64,000 nucleotides of DNA from Dehalococcoidia bacterium (GTDB lineage: Bacteria; Chloroflexota; Dehalococcoidia; Bin125): positions 224,001 through 288,000 of the forward strand of contig CAXXNO010000006.1 of assembly GCA_963663235.2 (NCBI GenBank). The letters run 5' to 3'. How positions within the stretch are numbered: position 1 is the stretch's first letter; each line of letters begins with the position of its first letter. The notes beneath the pieces are model-generated. The model did not search any database. It saw nothing but the letters and a program-made list of their open reading frames with translations, and had not been told where the DNA came from. Below, in pieces: positions 9,523-18,231 of the stretch. The position numbers and the translations under genes were made by a program.

Positions 9523-10680
9523 TTAGTCGGCCGCGGTCATCACGGCGTCGGCCACAGCGCGGCCGAGGCCTTCCTCGAAGATGCTGGGCACGATTCGATC
9601 GGGCGTGGGCTCTCGGACAAAGTCCGCGATGGCCTCCGCCGCCGCGATCTTGCGGGCGTCCGTCATCTTCGGGATCCGGCCGTCCAGGAGGCCGCGGAAG
9701 ATGCCGGGGAAAGCCAGCGCATTGTTGATCTGGTTGGGGAAATCGGAGCGGCCGGTGGCGACGATCGCCGCGCCGGCCTCGGCCGCCAGATCGGGCATGA
9801 TCTCCGGCACCGGATTGGCCATGGGGAAGACGATCGCATCGCGGTTCATGGTGGCGATCAAGCCGGGTCCGACGAGGTCGGGCCCGCTCAGGCCCAGGAA
9901 GAGGTCCGCGCCGGGCAAGACGTCGGCGAGTTGGGGGATGCTGCCATCGGCGTTCAAGCCCCGATCGGTCCACTGGGAGGCCTCCCGCTTGAAGGGATTG
10001 ATGTCCTCGCGGTCGGGGGTGATCAGGCCCTTGCTATCGAGCAGGTGGATCTCCTGCATGCCGTAGGCGTGGAGAAGCTTGGCCACGGCGATTCCACCCG
10101 CTCCCGCGCCCAGGAACACGGTGCGGGTATTGCGCGGCTCGCGGTTGGTGAGTTTGAGGGCGTTGATCACGCCGGCCAGCGCCACCACCGCCGTGCCGTG
10201 CTGATCATCGTGCATCACCGGGATGTCGATCTGGTCTTGGAGCTTGCGCTCGACCTCGAAACATCGAGGCGCGGAGATGTCTTCCAGGTTGACGCCACCC
10301 AGGGAGGGGGCGATGGCCACCACGGCGGCCACGATCTCGTCGGGGTCGCGCACGGAGAGCGCGATCGCGATGGCGTCGACGCCGCCGAACTCCCGGAAGA
10401 GGACGCACTTGCCTTCCATCACGGGTAGTGCCGCGGTCGGGCCGATATCACCGAGGCCCAGGACGGCGCTGCCGTCGGTCACGACGGCGACGAGATTGCC
10501 GCGTCCGGTGAGCTCCCAGACCTGCTCCGGGTCGCGGTTGATCTCCATGCAGGGCGCGGCCACGCCGGGCGTGTAGACCACACTGAGATCGTGCTGGTCG
10601 GCGACGGCGGGACGGCTGCGGTAATCGATTTTGCCGCGCCAGGCGCGGTGCGCGTCGATGGCTTCCTGGTCAAAGTCCAT
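9523..10680 (-). CDS. NAD(P)-dependent malic enzyme
   Basis: YTPGVA, TDGSAVLGLGDIG, PVMEGK, NLEDI, HDDQHGT, GAGAGG, ANPVPEI, TGRSDFPNQINN. Confidence 0.95.
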   Translation of the reverse strand: MDFDQEAIDAHRAWRGKIDYRSRPAVADQHDLSVVYTPGVAAPCMEINRDPEQVWELTGRGNLVAVVTDGSAVLGLGDIGPTAALPVMEGKCVLFREFGGVDAIAIALSVRDPDEIVAAVVAIAPSLGGVNLEDISAPRCFEVERKLQDQIDIPVMHDDQHGTAVVALAGVINALKLTNREPRNTRTVFLGAGAGGIAVAKLLHAYGMQEIHLLDSKGLITPDREDINPFKREASQWTDRGLNADGSIPQLADVLPGADLFLGLSGPDLVGPGLIATMNRDAIVFPMANPVPEIMPDLAAEAGAAIVATGRSDFPNQINNALAFPGIFRGLLDGRIPKMTDARKIAAAEAIADFVREPTPDRIVPSIFEEGLGRAVADAVMTAAD

Positions 10681-10803
10681 GTGCTGGGTTCCTCAACAAT
10701 CGCTCGGTGTGCGCGCCACGGCGAAGCGTTGGATCGCAGGCGGGCCTCATCGTAGCGGGGCAGGGTGGGTACGGCCAACTCGATACTCGCCCGGCGTCGG
10801 CGT

Positions 10804-11160
10804 CTAGAGGACGAAGCCTTCCAGGACTCCGCGGTGAGCGCGGAGGACCAGCGTGTCTTCTTCGCGCCGCTCCACGATCAGGGGTCGCCGACAGACCGTG
10901 CAGGGCGTGACCTCCTTGCGTCGCAACGCACCTTTGGGCGGGACGCGCGCCACGGTGGGTTGCTTGCAGTAGGGACAGGTGGTCTCCCAACGGAGGCAGG
11001 CCCTGATGATGAGGTCGCCGCCGGGAGCGCGGGAGACGACCAAGTCGTAGCCGCAGTGGGGGCACTGCGTCACGACGCGTTTTGTGCGCCCGTCCGAGGG
11101 CGGAAGGCCGACTTCGGTCCGCTTCGTGCATTGCGGGCAGCGGATGGCTTTGGTGTCCAC
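10804..11160 (-). CDS. small protein with two tandem zinc-ribbon modules
   Basis: Four CxxC motifs (CPQC, CPHC, CPYC, CTVC) in two similar halves; TAGGAT -10 element 7 nt upstream of the GTG. Confidence 0.7.
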   Translation of the reverse strand: MDTKAIRCPQCTKRTEVGLPPSDGRTKRVVTQCPHCGYDLVVSRAPGGDLIIRACLRWETTCPYCKQPTVARVPPKGALRRKEVTPCTVCRRPLIVERREEDTLVLRAHRGVLEGFVL

Positions 11161-11245
11161 AGCCTCGATCCTATCGCGGGATCCAGGCGCCCGCGGCCAC
11201 CCAGTCAGGAGGATTTGTGGACTTATCAGGAGGGCGCCGCTTACC

Positions 11246-12067
11246 CTGCATTACGTGAACCGCCCCAGTCAGCGAATCCGGGCCCCACTCCGTCAACTGC
11301 CGGGCGGCACGACGCGCCTGCGCGGCTCGAGCGGCCGGCCGTATCGGCTGGATCGGCCCCTGCTGATGCCCAACCAGGGAAGCCGGTGGCAGCCCCCAGA
11401 CGCAATCTGGCGGTTCCGCCGCGGCCTGCTCCCGCTGGCCGCGCTGGCCGGCCTGGGCGTAGGGATCTTCCTGCTCGTCGATACCCTGCTGAACGACGGC
11501 GGCACCGACGAGAGCGCCGCGGATACGAGCGTCGCAGCGGCGAGTGAAGCGGCGCCGGAAGGGACCGTCGCGGAGGCGTCGGTGGAGGCTTCAGAGACGG
11601 CCGCAGCGGCGGCGACCGAGTCGCCCTCTGACGCGCCCCTTGACGGCAGGGCCGCGACCGCGGAGAGCAGCGGGGTGGAAGGGCAACCGGCGATCATTAC
11701 CCCCGTGGACCTCGACGGGGCGCCGGTGGTCGTCGATCGGGGGCACGCGATGCCGGTTCCATCGGGCGGCCCGCCGGACGCGCTGGCCGACGACGTTCCC
11801 TACGACCCTGCCGACAAGACCGTGGCGCTCTCCAGCATTTGGGGTCCGGGCACGGTCCTGGAGCTGACGCGCCTGCCCGGCGGCCCGCTCCTGGACGGCG
11901 AAGACGCCGAGCGGCTGATCGGCTCTACCATCCAAGTCGTGGTGGCGGGCACGGGGGAGTTCGCCACGGAGCTCCAGCTCAGCCCGGCGGCGTACCAAAT
12001 CCTGGCGCTGGTGTTCGAGCCGATCATCGCCGTGCACATCGAGGTGGTGGGTGTGCCGCCACGCTGA
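11246..12067 (+). CDS. membrane-anchored protein with a degenerate RlpA-like double-psi beta-barrel
   Basis: TM helix, acidic/Ala linker, C-terminal GTVLELT...IQVVV.GTGEF...QLSPAAY..L pattern; start uncertain (11246 CTG, 11255 GTG or later ATG). Confidence 0.6.
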   Translation: MHYVNRPSQRIRAPLRQLPGGTTRLRGSSGRPYRLDRPLLMPNQGSRWQPPDAIWRFRRGLLPLAALAGLGVGIFLLVDTLLNDGGTDESAADTSVAAASEAAPEGTVAEASVEASETAAAAATESPSDAPLDGRAATAESSGVEGQPAIITPVDLDGAPVVVDRGHAMPVPSGGPPDALADDVPYDPADKTVALSSIWGPGTVLELTRLPGGPLLDGEDAERLIGSTIQVVVAGTGEFATELQLSPAAYQILALVFEPIIAVHIEVVGVPPR

Positions 12068-12114
12068 GTGGGGCACTGCCAAAGCCTAACCGAAGCGGTA
12101 ATCAGGCAAACGAA

Positions 12115-12141
12115 GGGCCGGGTGCAAGACCCGGCCCGTTT
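12115..12141. terminator. hairpin terminator between convergent genes
   Basis: GGGCCGGGT-gcaag-ACCCGGCCC stem with flanking A/T. Confidence 0.65.
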
Positions 12142-12159
12142 CGGCGGCGTGGCGATTGG

Positions 12160-12351
12160 TTAGATCCGCCGGCGACGTCCGAACGGTAGGCGGAGCTCCT
12201 CCCCATAATTGAGGAAGCGCTTGGACATGCCACACTTCGCGCAGATGCCGCGCGAGTACTGCGCGTCGGGTCTGTGTAGTTGCCAGTGGTGGGTGCAGTT
12301 GCGTCGGAGCGTGCGGACAGACACTTCCTGGATTGCCGACCTGTGCGCCAC
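12160..12351 (-). CDS. small Cys/His zinc-binding protein
   Basis: CTHHW...SRGICAKCG...F.N pattern; own promoter and RBS; start may be 12324. Confidence 0.6.
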   Translation of the reverse strand: MAHRSAIQEVSVRTLRRNCTHHWQLHRPDAQYSRGICAKCGMSKRFLNYGEELRLPFGRRRRI

Positions 12352-12459
12352 GGTGCGGGGGACTCCTTCCTGTGAGCCGAAACGGAGAGAATTCCGGCGT
12401 CAACCAGGCAGGGTTCCCGTCTAAATGACAGTCCGCCCCCAGTCCCGCCGCCGACCGGG

Positions 12460-12489
12460 AGTGTAGTGAACAGAACGGTGTAAATGCAA
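12460..12489 (-). promoter_or_regulatory. sigma70-like promoter
   Basis: TTGCAT-18 nt-TACACT on the minus strand in an AT-richer patch. Confidence 0.55.
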
Positions 12490-12508
12490 GGGGATTGACG
12501 TAAGGGAT

Positions 12509-12958
12509 CTAGGAGCGGGAGCGCTCAAAGAGCGTGTGGTATTTCTCGCCGCCGGCGAGCGCCTGGCGCAGGTCCTCGCGGTCCAGGCGGAAGAGGTCAT
12601 CGAGCGCCGCGCGGCAGTCGCTCTCGGCGGCGGGGTCGTCGATGCAGCGCTGGAGGATGCGGTCGAAGAGGCCGACGTCCACAAACGTCTCGACGCGGCC
12701 GCCCCAGGGGAGGAAGATGAACGATTCGGGGTCATTGAAACCGGGGCGGAGGTCGCGCAGTTGGCGGATGCGCTCCTGCGGCGTGCGCACGGGCGCCACG
12801 ACTCGGACATAAGGACCGGAGGCCTCGGAGCGGCGCGCATCGACGAGGAGGCGCTCGGAGAGCCAGGCGAAGCCGACCACCAGCACGTCCGCCTCATCGA
12901 TGACGCGAAGGGCATCGTCGAGATCAAAGCCGCCGGAGCCCGGCTGCTCAGGTGTCAT
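12509..12958 (-). CDS. hypothetical protein
   Basis: Globular composition and typical codon usage; TATACT 6 nt upstream of the ATG (leaderless). Confidence 0.75.
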   Translation of the reverse strand: MTPEQPGSGGFDLDDALRVIDEADVLVVGFAWLSERLLVDARRSEASGPYVRVVAPVRTPQERIRQLRDLRPGFNDPESFIFLPWGGRVETFVDVGLFDRILQRCIDDPAAESDCRAALDDLFRLDREDLRQALAGGEKYHTLFERSRS

Positions 12959-13038
12959 GGCGTCAGTATAGCGTCGGCCCCGGCCGGTTCGAGGCGGGCG
13001 TTTGACCTGAGAGAAGGGCGCTGCCACCATTCCCTCCC

Positions 13039-14616
13039 GTGAAGCCACCAGTACCCGGTCGCACGCCGGTCTTTGGGTCGCGCGCCATCGCGGCGACGGG
13101 TCATCCTACGGCCAGCGCCACGGCGATCGAAGTGCTCGCCGCCGGGGGCAACGCCGTCGACGCCGCGCTGGCTGCATCGGCGGTGCTGTGTGTGGTGATG
13201 CCGCACATGACGGGGATGGGCGGCGACGGGTTCGTGCAGGTCGTCGAGCCCGAGGGCGGCGTGCAGGCTTACAACGCCGGCGGCACCGCGGGGAGCGGGG
13301 CCGAGCCGGAGCGCTACGGCGAAGGCATCCCCCGGAACGGCCTACGGACCGCCTGTATTCCGGGGCTGCCGGACCTCTGGTCGCTGCTCCACGATCGGCA
13401 CGGCAGCCGCCCGCTGCCGGAGCTGCTGAGACCGGCGATCAGGCTGGCCGCCGATGGCTTTCCGGTATCGGCGGGGCTGGCGGCGTCGCTGGCGGAGAAT
13501 CGGGAACGGCTGGCGCTGTCGCGGGAAGCGGCAGCGATATTCCTTCCCAACGGAGCAACACCGCGTGCGGGCCAGCGGCTGCGCCAGCCGCAGCTCGCAC
13601 GCACGCTGGAAGCGTTCGCGGCGGGCGGGCGCGACGCCTTCTACGGCGGCGGCGTGGGCCGAGCGCTTGCGGGCGCATTCACGCGGGAGGCGGACGGCCT
13701 GATCAGCATCGACGATCTCACGGGCCACGAAGCGATCGCGGGCGAGCCGATGGCTGCGGCGTACCGCGATACGCTGGTCTACGAGCAGCCGCCGGTCTCG
13801 CAAGGACACATCCTGCTGCAAGAGCTGCTGCTGCTGGCCGGCGCCAACCTGACCGGCATGGGCCACCTCTCCGCGGACGCCATCCATTGGATGGTGGAGG
13901 CGAAAAAGCTGGCCTTCGCCGATCGGACCGCCGCAGCCGGCGACCCGCGCTTCATCGACGTCGACTGGGACCAGCTGCTCGCGCCCGAGCGGGCCACCGA
14001 GCGGGCCCGAGCAATCGATCCGGAGCGCGCACGGGAGGTAGCGAAAGCCGACAGCAAAGCGGCGGAAACGACGCAGTTCGCCGTCGGTGACGGGGAGGGT
14101 CGCGCGATCACGTTCATCCAGAGCGTCTACCACCCGTTCGGCTGCGCGGCGGTGGCCGGGGACACGGGATTGTTGCTCAACAATCGGATGCTGGGCTTCA
14201 GCCTGGACCCGAGCCACCCGAACGTCATGGCGCCCGGCAAGCGCACGGTGCACACCCTCAACACGTACACGCTGTTCCGCAAGGGGCGGTTCCTCCTGGC
14301 CGGAGGGACACCCGGCGCCGATTTTCAGGTGCAGACGAACCTTCAAATTCTGACGGGCATCATCGATTTCGGGCTGAGCGTGCAAGAGGCCGTGGACGCA
14401 CCACGATGGGGCCACACGCAGGGGCTGGAGCTCGTCGTCGAGGGGCGCATCGGGGCCGACGTGCGGCGCGAGCTGGCGCGTCGGGGACACGCGGTGCAGA
14501 TCGCCGACGATTGGGAGCCCAAGCTCGGGTCGGCGCAACTCATTGCGCGGCTTCCCGAGGGCGGCTGGGAGGGCGTCTCCGACCTGAGGCGGGAGGGCGC
14601 CGCGATCGGATTCTGA
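13039..14616 (+). CDS. ggt: gamma-glutamyltransferase family protein
   Basis: GGNAVDAA, GMGGDGF, AIRLAADGF, ETTQF (N-terminal nucleophile Thr), LNNR, PGKRTVHTL, GTPG, DLRREG. Confidence 0.92.
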   Translation: MKPPVPGRTPVFGSRAIAATGHPTASATAIEVLAAGGNAVDAALAASAVLCVVMPHMTGMGGDGFVQVVEPEGGVQAYNAGGTAGSGAEPERYGEGIPRNGLRTACIPGLPDLWSLLHDRHGSRPLPELLRPAIRLAADGFPVSAGLAASLAENRERLALSREAAAIFLPNGATPRAGQRLRQPQLARTLEAFAAGGRDAFYGGGVGRALAGAFTREADGLISIDDLTGHEAIAGEPMAAAYRDTLVYEQPPVSQGHILLQELLLLAGANLTGMGHLSADAIHWMVEAKKLAFADRTAAAGDPRFIDVDWDQLLAPERATERARAIDPERAREVAKADSKAAETTQFAVGDGEGRAITFIQSVYHPFGCAAVAGDTGLLLNNRMLGFSLDPSHPNVMAPGKRTVHTLNTYTLFRKGRFLLAGGTPGADFQVQTNLQILTGIIDFGLSVQEAVDAPRWGHTQGLELVVEGRIGADVRRELARRGHAVQIADDWEPKLGSAQLIARLPEGGWEGVSDLRREGAAIGF

Positions 14617-14622
14617 CGGGTG

Positions 14623-14692
14623 GCTTCCGGCGGACGGCTTCCGGCGGACAGCTTCCGGCAGACGGTGTCTGGCGGACGGATCTCAGGCGGGA
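14623..14692. repeat. degenerating 14-bp tandem repeat x4-5 (GCTTCCGGCGGACG)
   Basis: Copies at 14623, 14637, 14651, 14665 and a decayed copy at 14679. Confidence 0.85.
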
Positions 14693-14724
14693 AGATCCGG
14701 GAGGGCGCTCAAGGGAGCGGCCGG

Positions 14725-14730
14725 TATAAT
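14725..14730 (+). promoter_or_regulatory. consensus -10 element
   Basis: TATAAT about 50 nt upstream of GAGGAG RBS and ATG 14779. Confidence 0.6.
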
Positions 14731-14778
14731 CGCTCGTGGCACGCGGCCAGGCCCGCAGGCCACGGATCGAGGAGTGAG

Positions 14779-15606
14779 ATGCATCGATCGCCAGTCGCGA
14801 ACTCCAGCGCGACCTTAGACGGGCAGCGGGACCTGTATCGGGAGCTGTTCCGCCAGCAGAGCGATCGGATCTGGAACGCGGACCGGGACGTGGACTGGAG
14901 CCTGGGGCCGCAGATCCCGGAGGCGAAGCGGGAAGCGTGGTTGAAGCTGGTCAACGTCTTTTACGGCCTGGAGCTCATGGGGCTGGACACGATCCAGGTG
15001 ATGATGAGCCGAGCGACCCACCAACTGCACGACCCCAACCTCAACCTGTACCTGGCGGCCCAGTGCCAGGACGAAGCGCGGCACGTCTACGTGTTGGACC
15101 GGTACCTGGAGGCGGCGAACGGCCGGGGAATGCTCAGCCGACTGGAACGAGGACTGATTAACCGCTTCGGCACGATGGCCTCGTGGGGCGTCTACCGGGT
15201 GGAAAACTGGCTCACGTCCACGCTGTTCAGCGAAAACTTCGCGTCGCTGTTCCTGCAGAAGAGCCGCGAGCAAGGCGACATCGATCCGCTGGCCTCCAAC
15301 ATCTTCGGGCTCATTCTGCGCGACGAAGTGCGCCACGTGAACTTCCTGCACACCGTCCTGCCGACCCTGATCGACAACCTCTCCCCGATGGGCCGGGCCT
15401 ACGTGTGGCAGAGCCAGTTGCTGCTGGTCGGGGCCGTCAGCATCGGCCTGCGGCGGGCCAAGCCCTACGCGATGGCGGTGGGGATCGATATCGATGACTT
15501 CAAGGATACGCTGACCGAGAATCTAGAGGCGCAGTTCCATGACTCCGGCATCGACCAGTTCCTGCGGGCGAGCGCCTACCGCCGGATAATGGACCGCTTC
15601 ATCTGA
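14779..15606 (+). CDS. ferritin-like diiron-carboxylate protein
   Basis: WNADRDVDWS; E...DEARH and E...DEVRH ligand pattern. Confidence 0.8.
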   Translation: MHRSPVANSSATLDGQRDLYRELFRQQSDRIWNADRDVDWSLGPQIPEAKREAWLKLVNVFYGLELMGLDTIQVMMSRATHQLHDPNLNLYLAAQCQDEARHVYVLDRYLEAANGRGMLSRLERGLINRFGTMASWGVYRVENWLTSTLFSENFASLFLQKSREQGDIDPLASNIFGLILRDEVRHVNFLHTVLPTLIDNLSPMGRAYVWQSQLLLVGAVSIGLRRAKPYAMAVGIDIDDFKDTLTENLEAQFHDSGIDQFLRASAYRRIMDRFI

Positions 15607-15657
15607 TTGGCACAGGGCGCCGAGGCCACGGCCTGCGGCCGGAATAGGGAGCGCGGC

Positions 15658-16821
15658 ATGACGGACTTCACGCTCAATGAAGCCGAACGCATGGTGAAAC
15701 AAGTGACGCACGACTTCGCGGTCCGAGAGATCGTGCCGCGGGCGAGGGAGTACGACGATCGCGAAGAGTACCCCTGGGACGTGGCCCGCAAGGGCGCCGC
15801 GATCGGCCTGCACGGCGAGCCATTGGCGGGGGAGGGGATCGAAGAAGGTCTCACCAGCCTGATCATGGGGGAGGAGTTGGCCTGGGGCTGCGGCGGCATG
15901 GCGCTGGCGATGCTCGGCGGTGGGCTGGCCGCGACGGCGATCAACCTCATCGGCACGCCCGAGCAGCGAGAGCGGTTCCTGCCGATGGCGCTGCCCTCGG
16001 ACAGCGAGTTTCGCATCGGCGCGCTGGCGTTGACGGAGTCGGAATCCGGCTCCGACTCCGGCAGCATGAAAACGCGCGCGTGGCGGGACGGCGACGACTA
16101 CGTGCTGCACGGCTCCAAACGGTTCATCACCGGAGGCGGGATCGCGGACCTGACGGTGGTCTTCGCCACGGAAGATCCGAAGACGGGCTGGAAGGGGGTC
16201 TCCGCGTTCGTGGTCCCCAAGGACACGCCCGGGTTGGTGGAGTCCCACGTGTGGAAGAAGATGGGCCTGCGGGCCAGCCACACCGCGGACCTCCTGATAG
16301 ATGAGGTGCGTATCCCCATGGACCACCGCCTGGGGTCGCCGGACCCCGACTTTCGCAGCGGCGGGCGCGGGGCGCTGGGGACCATGACCGGCACGCGTCC
16401 GCAGATCGGCATCATTGCAGTAGGGATCGGCCGGGCGGCGTTCGAGTACGCGGCGACGCACGCAAAGACGCGGATGTCGTTCGGGCAGCCGATCATCGAG
16501 CACCAGGGGGTGGGGTTCATGCTGGCGGACATGGACATCGCGCTGGATGCGGCGCGGCTGCTGTGCTGGCGGGCCGGCTGGCTGCTGAGCCGGGGGGAGA
16601 CACTGAGCTTCGAGGAGGCGAGCAAGGCGAAGTGCTTCGCCACCGACACGGCGATGCAGGTCACCACCGACGCCGTGCAGATCATCGGCGGCAGCGGGTA
16701 CATGCGCGAGCAGCCCGTTGAGAAGTGGATGCGCGACGCGAAGGTCTTCCAGATCTTCGAAGGGACGAACCAGATCCAGCGGCTGGCGATCAGCCGAAAC
16801 CTGGCCGAGCGGAAGTTCTAG
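15658..16821 (+). CDS. acyl-CoA dehydrogenase
   Basis: ALTESESGSD, GSKRFIT, KMGLRAS, FGQPI..HQ, QIIGGSGY, RDAKVFQIFEGTNQIQR. Confidence 0.95.
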   Translation: MTDFTLNEAERMVKQVTHDFAVREIVPRAREYDDREEYPWDVARKGAAIGLHGEPLAGEGIEEGLTSLIMGEELAWGCGGMALAMLGGGLAATAINLIGTPEQRERFLPMALPSDSEFRIGALALTESESGSDSGSMKTRAWRDGDDYVLHGSKRFITGGGIADLTVVFATEDPKTGWKGVSAFVVPKDTPGLVESHVWKKMGLRASHTADLLIDEVRIPMDHRLGSPDPDFRSGGRGALGTMTGTRPQIGIIAVGIGRAAFEYAATHAKTRMSFGQPIIEHQGVGFMLADMDIALDAARLLCWRAGWLLSRGETLSFEEASKAKCFATDTAMQVTTDAVQIIGGSGYMREQPVEKWMRDAKVFQIFEGTNQIQRLAISRNLAERKF

Positions 16822-16841
16822 AGCGGCGGTCGCGGGGAGCG

Positions 16842-17405
16842 ATGGGCCGGCCTTGGGAGCGGATCCGCAGCCAGCGACTGGCCGACTACCACTTCTTCCA
16901 GTTGCGGCAGGACACCAACGTCCACCCCGAGCGGCGCTCGGCGCACGACTTCTACATCTTCGAGTTCCCCCACTGGGTGAACATCATCCCGCTCACGGCC
17001 GCCAACGAGGTGGTGTTCATCCGCCAGTTCCGACACGGGACGCGCGAGGTAACGCTGGAGGTGCCGGGCGGGATCATCGACGCGGGGGAATCGCCTAAGG
17101 AAGCGGCGCTGCGGGAGCTGCGGGAAGAGACCGGCTACAGCGCCGCAGACGCGATAGAGCTGGGGTGGGTGCACCCCAATCCCGCGATCCAGGAGAACCG
17201 CTGCTACACGTACCTGGCCGAGAACGTCACGTCAGTCGGTGAGCCGAAGCAGGACGGGACCGAGTCGATTGAGGTTGCGCTGGTGCCACTGGAGGAGGTG
17301 GTGGGGCTGTTTGAAGACGGCACGATCACGCACGCGCTGGTAGTGACGGCGTTTCACCTCTACCAGCAGCGGACGGGGCGATCGCTGCCGTGGGGCCGGC
17401 GCTAG
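16842..17405 (+). CDS. NUDIX hydrolase (ADP-ribose pyrophosphatase-like)
   Basis: Nudix box GIIDAGESPKEAALRELREETGY; QFR, LEVPGG. Confidence 0.9.
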   Translation: MGRPWERIRSQRLADYHFFQLRQDTNVHPERRSAHDFYIFEFPHWVNIIPLTAANEVVFIRQFRHGTREVTLEVPGGIIDAGESPKEAALRELREETGYSAADAIELGWVHPNPAIQENRCYTYLAENVTSVGEPKQDGTESIEVALVPLEEVVGLFEDGTITHALVVTAFHLYQQRTGRSLPWGRR

Positions 17406-17776
17406 GAGCGCCAGCGGGTGATATCGAAGTCGTCGGGGACGAGGATGAAGAGGCTTTGACGGGGGCCGCCGACGCCGCGGCTGATGTGCCCCTGGCCGGT
17501 CACATCCTCGGCGAACAGGATCTCGCCGGGTCCGAGGCGCCGCTTCGTGCCGTCGCCGGTTTCGATCTCCAAGATGCCGCTCAGGTTGATCACGAACTGC
17601 CGCTGGGGCGCGTTGTGGAAGTCCATCTCGAACTCGCCCGGGGTGGCGCGAAAGATCACGCCCTTGGTCTGGACAAGATCCGTGAGGCTGCCCACATCGC
17701 CGTCGCGCAGGGGCACGTCGATTTCCTGGAAGTGAGTCCGGTCATCGTCGCCGGTGTAGATGCGGGTCACCTTCAT
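17402..17776 (-). CDS. cupin-domain protein
   Basis: HNAPQRQF...G..EIETGDG...PG....EDVTGQGH; GGAG RBS. Confidence 0.85.
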   Translation of the reverse strand: MKVTRIYTGDDDRTHFQEIDVPLRDGDVGSLTDLVQTKGVIFRATPGEFEMDFHNAPQRQFVINLSGILEIETGDGTKRRLGPGEILFAEDVTGQGHISRGVGGPRQSLFILVPDDFDITRWRS

Positions 17777-17814
17777 GCCGGTCTCCTTCGCCGCCGTAGC
17801 GGCACAACGCCACC

Positions 17815-18189
17815 TTAGCGGCCGAGCGTCGTCACGTCGTAGTCGTCGGGGACGAGGATAAACAGGCTGTTGCGGGGGCCCTCGATGCCGCGGCTGATGT
17901 GCCCCTGCCCAGTGGTGTCCTCCGCGTAAATGATGGTGCCCGGGCCGAGCCGCTTGCGGCTGCCGTCGCCGGTCTCGACCTCCACCACGCCGGTGAGGTT
18001 GGCGACGAACTGCTTCCTGGGAGCGTTGTGATAGTCGAGGAAGTAGTCCTCGCCCGTCTCGCGGAAGATGAGGCCCTCCGCGCCCACGATCTCCGAGAGG
18101 CGGCCGAGATCGTGGTCGTGGAGGGGAACTTCGATGTCTTCGAGATGGGAGCGGTTGTCATCGCCGGTGTAGATGCGGGTAATCTTCAT
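17815..18189 (-). CDS. cupin-domain protein (paralog of neighbour)
   Basis: Same 124-aa length and motifs: HNAPRKQF, ETGDG, EDTTGQGH. Confidence 0.85.
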   Translation of the reverse strand: MKITRIYTGDDNRSHLEDIEVPLHDHDLGRLSEIVGAEGLIFRETGEDYFLDYHNAPRKQFVANLTGVVEVETGDGSRKRLGPGTIIYAEDTTGQGHISRGIEGPRNSLFILVPDDYDVTTLGR

Positions 18190-18231
18190 GCGGTCTCCTT
18201 TCGCTGCGGCCTCTCCCGTTGTCAGGCCGGC

